A stretch of 64,000 nucleotides of DNA. It comes from Camelus ferus (Eukaryota). The notes below the pieces were generated by a model, which saw only the letters and a program-made list of their open reading frames with translations, did not search any database and was not told the origin of the DNA. The DNA is taken from NCBI RefSeq assembly GCF_009834535.1, contig NC_045696.1, positions 48,734,001 to 48,798,000 on the forward strand, given 5' to 3'. Made by a program: the position numbers and the translations under genes. Positions 1 to 11,470 of the stretch are shown in pieces (position 1 is the stretch's first letter; every line of letters starts with the position of its first letter).

Positions 1-869
1 AATGCCCTTTGAGGTTTCAAACTGGCAGGTTGGGCAAAACTGAAACATTGGCACCTAGGAAAGATTCATCAAGAAATTTTCACAAGTATGACAAACTAAA
101 TCCTGCTATTTATTCAAAAAGGAAAGAGGAGAAAATATTTCTCTTTATTTCTGGTAGTATCTGACAAATCTATGTATTATTTTATATTGTCTGCCAAACT
201 TTATACCACATCACCATATGCATTATATCAGAAAAATAACTGTACTGGGCACCATCTGCAGAAAGCATAAAAATGTTCAGGCTATCCTTGAGCTAGTGAA
301 TTATCTGTGGTGAAGGTGTGCACAAAACCCAATTTCAATAGTTCAGCCTATCACTATTTCTTGAATGACTGTCTTGGCTGGTCTAAAACTGCATTTTATT
401 CATCTCTCATCAAGTTTAGGTCAGTGTTACTTATATTCACAAAATTCAGTGTTTTATGTGATTTCACAAATAGGAAAAGTAGTAACTGTTTAATTTTAAT
501 AATAGGAATGAGAAAACAAGCTTAGAAATAGGTTACTTTCTGTACTAAAATTAAATAGTCATGCTGGATGCAAAATAAAAATTAAAAAAAAAAAACAGAA
601 GTAGAATAACTACTGAAAGGAGCAACTTAAGTCATGAACTTGATCCACAGCAATAACAGATAACTAGGGGAAAATGAATAAATATATAACCTACTTTTAA
701 ATAAATTAGAAATATAATCATTATCAGAAAGTACTTGTTAATCTTTCTAGGATGTAAGTTAGGATAAACTTTTGCAAGTCTATTTGAAAATGAATCAAGA
801 ATACTACAGATATTTCTTCCCTTTGACACAGTACTCACGATTGTCAAAGATTTATGAATTATTTATTTA

Positions 870-1270
870 TATTTGAGGCTGTTCAAGGTTTTATTATTTA
901 TAACTGGAAAAAAGTTAGAAACTGCCTATGTCCAATACTAGTTTAATTAATTTACACTGAACACTTAAGAAAGAATACTATATCATTTTACAAATCACAT
1001 TTTCAATGAGTAATGATACTGAAAAATGATCTGAAGTAAAGAAATGTTGATATAATTTTCTTTTCAAAGAATGATCCCATTTTTCTACATAAATAGACTT
1101 AAATGTATGATTAGATCAACTTTGAGACAGAAAGCAAGGGAACTAACACGAGGGGAAAAACTCCAGGTGTGTAAAAGTGGTCATTTCTTGGTGATGGATG
1201 TATTGTGATTTTCATTTTTATTCTTAAAAAAGTGTATTATCTTTATTCTTAAAAAACATGTACAATTTTA
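870..1270 (+). mobile_element. Highly decayed L1M (L1ME-type) 3' fragment
   Basis: Weak resemblance to an old L1 3' end (ttattatttataactggaaaaaagttagaaactgcctatgtccaatac ... aaagtggtcatttcttggtgatgg). Confidence 0.4.
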
Positions 1271-1794
1271 AAGGAAGAAAGTTTCATATTAAAGGCTGTC
1301 ATAGTGATGTAGATAATGGGGGAGAAAAGAGAACCAACTGAATAATAAATGGAAAAGGAAAGGGGAACGAAGGGAGAGAAGGGGGTAGGGAGGGAGGAAG
1401 AGGACACTGGATATGCTCAGTGGAAACTCCAGAATTTCCATCTAGGAAAGTCTTACAGCAGCAATCCATCTGGAAAGGGTGAACTTAACTCTCAAATTGT
1501 TATTAATAGGATGGCAATAGCGTATTTGAACTTCCTGTCACTCCTAGAATTATTAACAGACTTTTGAAATATTATGTAAAGCACAGGGAAGAGCCCTGTC
1601 ACTTTCATACCCCATTACCTTTTCTTAAACTGATTATTTTTTAATGATATAAGCATTAACAGAGATACTTCTTCCCAAATCGACAAGGATTAATGGTGAG
1701 AAGAAATTAGCACCTTTTTCTAAGAAAAGGACATTTGTTGAACTCATACCTTAATTTCGACAGTCGTAACTAGGTGTGTTGAAATAACCATACA

Positions 1795-1880
1795 ATAAAG
1801 GGGTTATTACCCCCATTTTGTAGTTTCTCAAACTGAGATTTATAGAATTTAATTCATTTATTAGGGTCACCCAGTTTGGA
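1795..1880 (-). mobile_element. MIR fragment
   Basis: ttattacccccattttgtag...aactgagattt...agggtcacccag resembles the reverse complement of the MIR core. Confidence 0.5.
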
Positions 1881-2189
1881 ATCCATGAGTCATAGTATGC
1901 CCCTAGTTTCTCGGACTAGTCCTCCTCCCCACAATGCCTTTACTTCATGAGCTTGCTTTCTGATGATTCTCTCTCCTGCTCTATAGGCATCCTCCACATA
2001 CACTCTTACTGAGTTAGCATTAAAAAAATGTTAAATGTTGGCTTAATAAGGGGCCATTTCTGTTTTCTTTGATATTATCTCCACCCCATAACCAAGATGA
2101 CTATCTCTATTTACTGTGAAAATTTACCTAAGAATCATTCAATTGCCACCAGAATGATTGCAGAGGAGCCCATGATGCACAGGATGCAC

Positions 2190-2572
2190 AGAGCTCCTGT
2201 GCAGATTGAAACATTTATTCCCCCAGCTGCTCAGAGTACTGGTGGCTAAGAGTTCTCAGAAGAGTATATCTTCAGGGCTTACCCAAATTCATGCTCCATT
2301 TCCAGAAGCAGTGTGCATCTAATGTCTGGTTAATATAGGAATATAAAGATTGCTGCATCAATCTCAGACAACTTTAAAGAGCCATCTTAAAAGGGGTCCC
2401 AGTAGGATTAGCTGATTAACTTCATTGAGGTTAAATCTCTCCCTCTGTGATCCATCCTACTTTCTTCACTCCCTTCCTTCCTAGATGTTGATTCCTGGAG
2501 AACTTCCCAGTAAATGTCCTCAATACAAATGTTCATCTCAGAGGCTCCCTTCTGGGGAATTCAATCTGAAAT
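2190..2572 (+). mobile_element. ERVL LTR, LTR16 family
   Basis: Its 3' end (cttcccagtaaatgtcctcaatacaaatgttcatctcagaggctcccttctggggaattcaatctgaaata) matches the recalled LTR16 3' terminus. Confidence 0.7.
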
Positions 2573-3270
2573 AGCTGGTGCTGGAGTAGTCTGAAAACGC
2601 AACTCTAAAATGGAATTTTGAAGCTGGATCTCTGGCTAGTGAGGAGAACCCTATCATCAGTGGTCAATGCATAGACATAGCCTTACGCATGTGATCGTAG
2701 TATAAGTTGATAAAACTTTTACAGGTTGTGAATTGGGATGCTGTACTAGAAGAGGGAAGTGTACTAGTAGATGCAGTGTGTAAGGTCATTAAGAAATAAG
2801 GAAAAAATCATGATTACAAGGACTATAGAATGTGATGACTGCTGTTGGGAGCGACTGATGATTTGAAAAAGACAATGAAAGGCTAAGGGTGATTAATTAC
2901 CAATTAAGAACTAAATATGAAAAATAGGTGGCCTCAGTGGAAGCTTTTAAAGAGACTCTCATCTCTTCCAGCTAGAGAACTTTCTGTGTCTTCAACATAC
3001 TTGCCATTTCTAGCTCATCCACTTCAATTAACATGATGTCACTGATGTAGAGGATAAGTGTGGTGTTCTGTGGGATGTCCTCACAGTTCTATTAAGCCTC
3101 AAGCTACAGCTGCCTCGCAGTTATGTCAGATTCCATGTGCTAAGAGACCAACAGGCAAGAATGAGGAAGCAAACTTTTCACAGATTTAATTGACCTTAAT
3201 CTTAAGGAGGAGCTGGAGATGCTGTTATACAGATGGGGCAGGAATAATATGTTTGGTATCAAGTAATGTT
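2573..3270 (+). mobile_element. ERV3-16A3-type (ERVL) internal sequence, heavily deleted, with a decayed tRNA-Leu-type primer binding site
   Basis: gctggtgctggagtagtctgaaaacgcaactctaaaatggaattttgaagctggatc directly follows the LTR and matches the ERV3-16A3 internal start. The 3205-3265 segment (gaggagctggagatgctgttatacagatggggcaggaataatatgtttgg) resembles the ERVL 3' internal region. Confidence 0.65.
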
Positions 3271-3440
3271 GCACAAATTACTTAGCCTCTATGACTCAAT
3301 TTCCTCATCTATAAAATGGAGATAGAATGGTAATAATAAAAGTTATTATGAAAATTAAATAAATTAATACATGTGGAGCATTTAGAGCAATTTCTGATAT
3401 ATAATATTATATATAGGTACTATGTAATATTAGTTATCAT
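3271..3440 (+). mobile_element. MIR
   Basis: Core ttacttagcctctatgactcaatttcctcatctataaaatggagata, followed by the tail aaattaaataaattaatacatgtggagcatttagagca. Confidence 0.8.
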
Positions 3441-4584
3441 TGTGGTTTTTATGACTTTGTACCCAAATTTCATTGCTCACATTTTGATAAAGGATATTGT
3501 GCTTTTATTCCATTAATGACTTGTAACATTTTTAGTATCTTTTTTCTTCTTTTCTTTCTTTTATATTTTGTTGCTGTAGGACTTATTTTCACCTTATGGA
3601 CTTATGTAACTAAAATACAACTTTCAGAGACAAGTAACTTATTTCTAGGCACTGCTCCACAGTTCAGTCGAATACCACTACATTAATGGTGCATGCAGGT
3701 CATGGGTGTCATCTAGTTAACTAAATCTTTCGAAGTATTGTTGATGGAGAACACGGGGCCAGAAAGATTAGTTTCTAGATTTTCATATTAAGAACAAAAA
3801 AGTACAAAGTATACCTTGATTTTGCTAATCACGGTGAGGATTTTCTACCTCACGTTTATGCGGTTCTTCGTATACCACACATATCTGAAAACTGCACCTG
3901 ATAGTTGACAACACTGATAGCCTAAGTACTAGGCAGACACCGTTTCCCAGATCAGTAGATCTCAAATGGAAGATCTGATGTGTGTGAGAACCCGAAGGAA
4001 ATGTCACTAAGCTACAACATCTCACCCCCAACCTCACTCCGTTTTACATAATAACCATTCCCAAGTCGGCACAGGAGAGAATGTTGAATGTAGGCAATCG
4101 GAAAATAGTCTGGACCCGCTTCTTATTCCTCTGATTTAAAAACTCTGGTTCAGATCCTTTTTCTTTCACTCTGTCTCTCATTTTCTTCCCAGGAAAGTTA
4201 CTCAAATTCCTTAAAGCTGCTATGTCTATATAGTTTGCCTTCCATATTTCTTTTTATATTAGAGGCAATATGATCACATTATCTGTGATGTTTCAAATCT
4301 GGCTATTTCTCAAGATATGGACTCAGAGCTTTCCATCTTATTACGCCTAGAAGGTCCTTTCCTGCCAAAAATTACTTTCTCTTTTCTTTATCCCTTGATA
4401 GAATTTTATTCAAGAAGCCATTGAAACATATAGAGAGTTGACCATTGGTCTGTCATTTTAATGTATTCCTTGAAGATAGACTTCTGCCTCATTCAATCAT
4501 AAGTCCCTTTCATCTACTCTAATGCCTGGAGCATAAAAAAGCTTGCTTATGTTTTTTCCATTGCAGAGTCAACATAATAGAGTG

Positions 4585-4757
4585 TGGTAATTCTTGCCCT
4601 TTTTTGTGTATAAGAATCACCAGGGGAATTTGTTTAAAAAGTAAAATTCCTAGCCTATTCCAGAAGAGAAGTCTAGTCAATGGATCAGGGAAGGAGCTAA
4701 GTATTTTGCCTTTTTCATAGCAATCCCAGGTGATTCTAATAATGACGACCACTAGAA
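4585..4757. mobile_element. MER5-type hAT-Charlie MITE
   Basis: agaatcaccaggggaatttgtttaaaa ... atcccaggtgattctaat, the internal inverted AGAATCACC/GGTGATTCT pair typical of MER5. Confidence 0.65.
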
Positions 4758-6244
4758 CAGTGGAAGAAAGAGTTTTCTAGAGTCTATTCCACAGCTTTAC
4801 AGACCTGGACACTAGATTCTGCCAGTAAACATAAGGTGATCAGGATCAGAGCAACTAATTCACAATAAACCTGACCATAATGTTAATATATTAACTTAAA
4901 CTGAAATAAAACTAGAGAAAGACTTATCATTTAGTCAGATAATTTTCTTCTATAGGAAAATTAATGTGACATATCATAAAATTATAATCAGAAAATTCCT
5001 CTGTGAGCCAGGTCAGTTACATGGGTGATGTTCCAACATATGGCCTATTCGAACTTGTTTTATAAATAAGAAAGTGATATTATACAATCTATGTTATAAT
5101 TATTTTTATAAAGTTCCTTTAAGCAAAGAAGTTCTGATTTTGCTGCAGAGCTTGGGAGTTTGTTTCTGTCAAGTCGCAGTATCTGGGAATGGTGCTGTGC
5201 ATTTTCACTTGGCAGATGAAGGAATTTGATGCGCATATGCACACACGTGCTAAAACCACGCCAAAGTCAGAGAAGATGAAACAGGATGCCTTTATCAACT
5301 GCAGGGGCAACTACAGAAATACGAAAAAGAGGCTGTCTGTCCTAGCACCATCGTCACCAGTGGGTAAATAGGAAATTCTAAGAAAGTATCCCCTGGCAAA
5401 TGACCAAAAGGGCACCAAGCTTCTGCCTATGAACAAAATCAGAAACATCCAGGAGAACTACCCCCAAAAGCAGCAGAATATGGCCCCCAAAATCAATTTA
5501 TAAAACAGATTTGGGCAAGAAGAAAATAGAGTAAAACACTGGGGGGAGGCCCAAAGAAGAGAGCTTTGTTCCCCAGGGAAGTCACATAAATAAACTTCTA
5601 GAAAACACATTTTTCTTCTCCTTTTCCCCCCAAACCAGTTTAAAATAAATGTATGGAGCCAAAAGTGCTAACATTTCAACTTCTGCTTATTGAGATTTCA
5701 GAGGATTTTTGTGAGTAAAATATGCTAAATAGCCAAACCTTTGTGATATCCACTTGACATTACAGTTTAATTTTCAGAGGATAAGGGCAAACAGCAATTC
5801 TATTCTGTGGCCTCACTAGGATAAAATCACCACTAAGAAAAGTATATGTGCAGCAGTAGCTTTTTGTAACATGTCTCTAGCACATCAGACACTAAAATGT
5901 TAGGAAATTCGGGGATGGTAAAAAAGAAAACATTAAATTGAGAAAATATTTCATTTGCACAAAAGCTACTAATGCACATAAACAAGAATCTTTAAAATGT
6001 CATTCTGGTAGATTTTAAGGTTCAGGATACATTATTCACTTTAAAAATACTCTGCAACTGGAGGGTCTGCTGTTTAAAGTATTAAGGGATTTATATATAA
6101 TTCTTTTCACTTCTTTGTCACTAATGTACTGAAGGACTTTGGTAGCAAGTCTCCTAACTGCTCCAAGTCTCAGTTTCTTTATCATTTTCAAAAGATAAAA
6201 GAATTCTACAAATCTGTGGCCTTCATTAAACCATTAGAAAACAG

Positions 6245-6621
6245 TAGATTAAAGACGCTCACAAAATCTTTGTTATTCCTCCCACTGAGATGTGGAGCCA
6301 AATTCCCTCCCAGTTGGATGTTAGCTAGCCTTAGGGACTGCTTAGTGAGGAAGCCTAAGATTGCCATGGGGTCACATGGAGAGAGGAAGACACCCAGACA
6401 GCTCCCAGGTGTCCCAGCCACCCCAGGCCACCTGCCAGACACGTGAGTGAAGACTTCTGATGACTCCAACGCAGCTACCGTGTGACTGCAGTCACATAAG
6501 AGATCTTGAGTAAGAACTTCCACGCTGACCCAGCCATCCAAGAAACGAGAAATAATAATAAATTGTTTGAGGCTACTAAGTTTTGATATGGTCTATTACA
6601 GAGCAATAGATAACTGGAAAA
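6245..6621 (+). mobile_element. MaLR LTR (MLT1G/H-like), solo
   Basis: Starts with attcctcccactgagatgtggagcc and ends with ctactaagttttgatatggtctattacagagcaatagataactggaaa, the MLT1 3' terminus. Confidence 0.75.
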
Positions 6622-8160
6622 GTAAAAGCTTTGCAGAACCCTAGTGTCCTAGAGTAGGTTCACAATTAGGTTCTGTAAAACTCTAGAGTATACCATGAGA
6701 TGTTGCTAAAGGGTTTTATAATAGACAGTATTTTTTTTTTTGGAATAAGCACAAATTTTGAGCTTTGAAACTGCAATACTTGGACTCACAGTGATAGACA
6801 GTGACCATGCACTTGTTATGAATTTCATTATTGACCCCATATGGAAGCAAACAGTAGAGCTGTGTATATTTGATTGATTCCATTCTCTATTTTTGGCATG
6901 ACTGTTGGCAATTAATGTTTGCTGTACTGCAAGAAGGAGACGATGCTTGTTTGATGATAATAACCTCTCCTTTCCAAATTATTTTTCTCAATTTCCTGTT
7001 ATACATATACATAACCACCAGATTTATGGGCATGAACAAGCTCTATTAGTATAATGGAATTAGGATGAAAATTTTCATTATAAAGAAAAAATTACGATAC
7101 ACTTAGCTTAATTTGCCTCTTTTTGTTGTTGAACACATTGCAATACATGCATTGTGTAGATGAGAAATTAATTGCAATGGGACCATTTTTAATTTTTTTT
7201 GCAATTTTCTCATTTAGTTATTTTCATTTCTTTCTATTTTATAGTTCATTAATATTTTCTAATTTACTAACATTTCTGAAGATCCAATGTGGTTATTTTT
7301 GATGATAAATTATATAGATGAAGAGGAGAATTTTAGATCTGTCCTGACAGATGATTCTTATAAAACATATACTGAGGAAATTGAAGGCTCAAGTCACAAA
7401 TTATATAAGCCAACTTATTGATGACATGTCACATGATGTTGAAAAAGTTTTGTGTAATAAACTAAAAACCAATGGCTTCTCTAAATAGGTTGAGTTGTCA
7501 ACAGGTTTCATCAGTAAATGTCATGTTTTAGCACTCGTGAGATTCGAAAATGATAGTGAAATTCATTTTTTTTTTCTGTCGCAAAAAGCTGCCCACAAAA
7601 GCAAATGTCAAAATATTTTTCTCTTCAGTTTTGGAAATACAATACGTGTCTTGGAGAAACTGACTTGGTATCTGTACTGATGGTAGTCTGTTAGAGATTT
7701 TTGACTCTCTTAGGAAAAAAGAAAATACCAAATGTGATCATAGAATACTCATATCAGAAAGGTGCTAGTGTTGAATATGCTTGGAGTTGGAATGATAAAA
7801 ATTTTGGATGATGGTCTAAAAATGGTTAGTTTTACTAAACAAAAACTATTTCACTTAAGAATATTCTAGAAAACTGTGTGAAGTCTTCTCAATAGGATGT
7901 TTTAACTGCAAGGATAATTGCAGAAGTGCTATCAAAGATATTAGCCAGATTTTGCTGAAATGCTTTGAAGATGAAGCATGGCTACAGGACACTGGTCTGC
8001 AGAACTGGGAAGACACTTTTGATCACATGAACCAGTTGTACAAATCTCAGAAAACTCCTGGAGATAATTTTTGCCTTCAAGTGACACGATCCTAGGATAT
8101 CAAAGGAAATGGTATATTTGTAAAAATCATATTGCAAAAGAAACCATAAAATGTTTCATT

Positions 8161-8900
8161 TGGGAATGTAATTTGGTGCAGCCATTATGGAAAACAGTAT
8201 GGAGATTCCTTAAAAAGCTGAAAATAGACTTATCCTATGATCCAACAATCCCACTCCTGGGTATATACCCAGAGAAAACTCTAATTAAAAAAATACATGC
8301 ACCCCAATGTCCATAGCAGCACTATTTACAACATCCAAGACATGAAAACAACCTAAATGTCCACAGACAGATGACTGGATAAAGAAGTTGTAGTATATGT
8401 ATGCAATGGAATACTATTTAGCCATAAAAAAGAATAAAATAATGCCATTGGCAGCAACATGGAAAGACCTGGGCATTGACCTGGAGATCATCATATTAAG
8501 TAAAGTAAGCCAGGAAGAGAAAAAAAAATACCACATGATATCACTTATATGTGGAATCTAAAAAAGAAAGGTCACAAATGAACTTATTTACAAAACAGAG
8601 ACACAGACACAGAAAACAAACTTATGGTTACCTGAGGGGAAAGGGGATGGGGAGGGATAAACTGGGAGTTCAGGATTTGCAGATACTAACTACTATACAT
8701 AAAATAAATAAACAACAAGGTCCTACTGTATAGCACAGGGAACTATATTCAATACCTTCTAATGGCCTATAATGAAAAAGGAATACATATATGTATATAT
8801 ACACACTCACACACATATATACTTATACATGAATCACTATGCAATATACCATAAATTAATGCAACATTGTAAATCGACTATATTTCAATTCTAAAAAAAA
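8161..8900 (+). mobile_element. Younger 5'-truncated L1 (cetartiodactyl/camelid-type 3' end) with TSD
   Basis: Encodes the L1 ORF2 C-terminus [37 protein letters not shown], then 3' UTR and an A tail. Flanked by aaaatgtttcattt (8148-8161) and aaaatagtttcattt (8897-8911). Confidence 0.93.
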
Positions 8901-9265
8901 TAGTTTCATTTTCTGCTTGGGCCTGAGAGTGAGGAAAGTGATCAGCAAGTCTCAAGTCCTATTGAAAACTCTTGAAATTATGGTAAACCCTACTGAACAG
9001 TCTTTATGTACAACTGGGTGAAGGAACTTATCTTTGAATAGTCTTTTCAGCCTAAGAGTGTGAATTTTAGAGACAAGGAAGAACTTAATGAGCTACATCT
9101 GATCATATACTGAAAAGAAATTGACTGATATCCTCTAGACAAGTTCTGGATTTCTGATAACAAAACAGAAGTATCTTTCCATTATAAGAAAGCAATGAAC
9201 ATTTTGCTGCACTTTTCAACATGCTTGTGTAAACTTTTTCTTTTTTGATTTGAGCAATTGTCTCA

Positions 9266-9686
9266 AAAAATTATTTATTTATTTTTAAAATTGAAATATA
9301 GTCAGTTACAATGTGTCAATTTCTGGTGTACAGCATAGTGTTTCGGTCATATATTTACATACATATAATTGTTTTCATATTCTTTTTCATTATAGGTTAC
9401 TGCAAGATATTGAATATAGTTCCCTGTGCTGTACAGAAGAAATTTGTTTTTTTAATCTATTTTATATATAGTAGTTAGTAATTGCACATCTTGAACTCCA
9501 ATTTATCCCTTCCCACTCTTTTTCCCCCTGGTGACTATAAGTTTGTTTACTATGTCTGTGAATCTGTTTCTGTTTTGTAGATCAGTTTGTGTCTCCTTTT
9601 ATCTTTTCTTTTCTTTATTTTTAGATTCCACATATGAATGATATTATATGGTATTTTTCTCTTTCTGGCTTATTTAGAATGATGAT
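9266..9686 (-). mobile_element. Younger L1 3' end (camelid-type), 5'-truncated
   Basis: ttgaaatatagtcagttacaatgtgtcaatttctggtgtacagca...gatattgaatatagttccctgtgct...ttttagattccacatatg. Flanked by caattgtctca (9255-9265) and caactgtctca (9687-9697). Confidence 0.9.
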
Positions 9687-10742
9687 CAACTGTCTCATTT
9701 TGTTGAAAATGTTACCTCTTTGTATTTACATAATTTTCCATAATAAAGTGGGAATTTGTGCAGAAAAATCACAAAACAAAGCAAAATAAAACAAAACACT
9801 TTGTTTTAAAGAGATAGCATATCATTTTTTGTGCATTTAGTTTCAAATATTACCTTTTTATCATATGTAGACACATAAATAAGATCCAATAATCAACTTA
9901 CTTGTGTAATTTTGATATTTCTAAGCCTATATCTGAGTCTTACCATGTCGCTGATGAGAAAATGCATTTTTAAAATTTATTATAAAATTTGTGATATGCT
10001 GTATCTCATAGTGCTTTGGATTATGACTTTATAGCAATATTATTCATATTGTTAATACATTTTCATATTGTAAATAGTCTTAATTAAACTAGTTTGCAAC
10101 TTCTATTGAAATTAAATATACCAAGACTAGTTTCAGAAGAAATAAATATGATTTTGGCTTGAGATAGTTGTTTAGTAGAAATTTGTTATATATATATATC
10201 TTGTGAGTATGTAAAACTTACAAAATGGGAAGAAAAAAATAATTTCATGAAAGATAAAATTAACTATTTTCCCCCCCAAATTTGGCTTAAATTCTCTTTC
10301 ATTTTTAAATAAAAAATACTATCCCTGTATCTAGTCTATATCCTATCTCATTATTAAATCACAGTGAAGAAATATGCAGTGAGACTTTTAGGCTAACATG
10401 GACAAGATAAAGACAGACATCATTCTGACCAGCTGACATCAGGGATGAACAAGGAATCCCTGGATGAAAGATTAAGGAGGAGAGAAATTAAGTGAGAAAG
10501 GGATAAAAATTTACGAGATGGAAGAACACTACAGATTGTACGATATGATTCCTCACCTTTAATTCCATCTGACCCTGAGGAAAGTTTATTTTGAACGTGA
10601 CTGAATTTCTTGTAAAACCTGAAATAGATTCCACACGGGATCATGAGATGAGGTTAGGAAGGAGTGAGAGAAACTAGCTGATGTCTTGCTTGTCTGAATC
10701 AAAAAATCAAGACTTTATTCCACATCTACAGAGAGACAAGGG

Positions 10743-10925
10743 TTGAAGGAAAGAAAGAAAGAGGGAAGGAAGAAAAAGAAAGAGGCAGGAGGAAAAGAAA
10801 GAATGAGGGAAAGACGGAGAGAGAGAGGGAGGAAGGAGAGAAGAGAGAAAAAAGAAGAAAAAAAGAAAATGAAAGAAAGGAAGGCAGGGAGGGAGGAAGG
10901 AAGGGAGAAAGAAAAAGGAAAAATC
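10743..10925. repeat. Polypurine (GA-rich) low-complexity tract
   Basis: About 180 bp of almost only A and G. Confidence 0.9.
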
Positions 10926-10979
10926 AAGTGATTTGAGAGAAATCCAGAGCCAGGTCAAATCTAACTAAAACACAAATAT

Positions 10980-11470
10980 GTCCATGTTTTGTAAAGAAAG
11001 GAACTGGAGGAACTAGAAGTCAGAGAACAAGTACTTGACGTTTTAGGAACTAAGGAGAAGGTGAGGAGTGAGTTAGCCCAGAGATCAGAAGATCCAAAGG
11101 GGAAGAAGGGGGCACGTAGAGAAATGCAGATGCTGCTAAGGACTCCTTCAGAGAAAGAAATTTAGAGAATATATGAGAAAACAAGTGATGGACAGTGGGA
11201 GAGACGGGACATAGAAGAAGGGGAAGCTTGTAGAGATATCAGCTGAGGCTGAGGTGAGCCAGGTTTCATGGAATAAGCACAATGAATAACAGGAAGGGAG
11301 GAGATGCAGAGACACGCTGGTTAAGGGGATCATCCACAAGATGCGGGGGTTGACTGGAGGTAGAGGAGCTCTCCAGAGAGGAACAGTAGGGAGTAACAGA
11401 GGTCCTCCCAGATCTCTGCAGTATATTCTCATTTGAATGAAAAAGCTCAGAAATGTTAGCAATTCCACCT
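10980..11470 (-). mobile_element. Possible L2 ORF2 (endonuclease region) relic
   Basis: The minus-strand peptide HLVDDPLNQRVS resembles L2 IHVDDPSNTLAS; the purine-rich plus strand is typical of antisense L2. Confidence 0.35.

Larger units (their letters stand above)
7410..9790 (+). pseudogene. Dead hAT transposase coding relic (stops, frameshifts, internal deletions)
   Basis: Collinear transposase motifs run from about 7410 to 9790 in several frames and are interrupted at 8161-8900 and 9266-9686. Confidence 0.75.
6655..10260 (+). mobile_element. hAT-Charlie/Buster DNA transposon fossil with decayed transposase, split by two L1 insertions
   Basis: Translated fragments IDDMSHDVEKVLCNKLKTNGFS*VELST...LALVRFEND, LGICTDG, CFEDEAWLQ, FDHMNQL...SSDTILGYQRK, PLDKFWIS and KAMNILLHFST are collinear with Charlie/Buster (ZBED5/ZBED8/FAM200-like) transposase. 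A Charlie-like left end follows cctagag near 6655. The 3' boundary is approximate. Confidence 0.85.

Noticed and set aside
1362..1394. G-quadruplex-compatible G runs (also the C runs near 44440 and 61050)
   Set aside because: Low-complexity purine or homopolymer tracts with no functional context; such motifs are common by chance.
8071..8316. ORF fusing Charlie transposase residues (SSDTILGYQRK...) in frame to the L1 ORF2 C-terminus
   Set aside because: A chance in-frame junction at an L1 insertion site (about 1 in 3). It starts at TTG, both parts are decayed, and there is no promoter or splice evidence.
10707..10958. K/E/R-rich and F/L/S-rich ORFs
   Set aside because: Translation artefacts of a GA-rich low-complexity tract.
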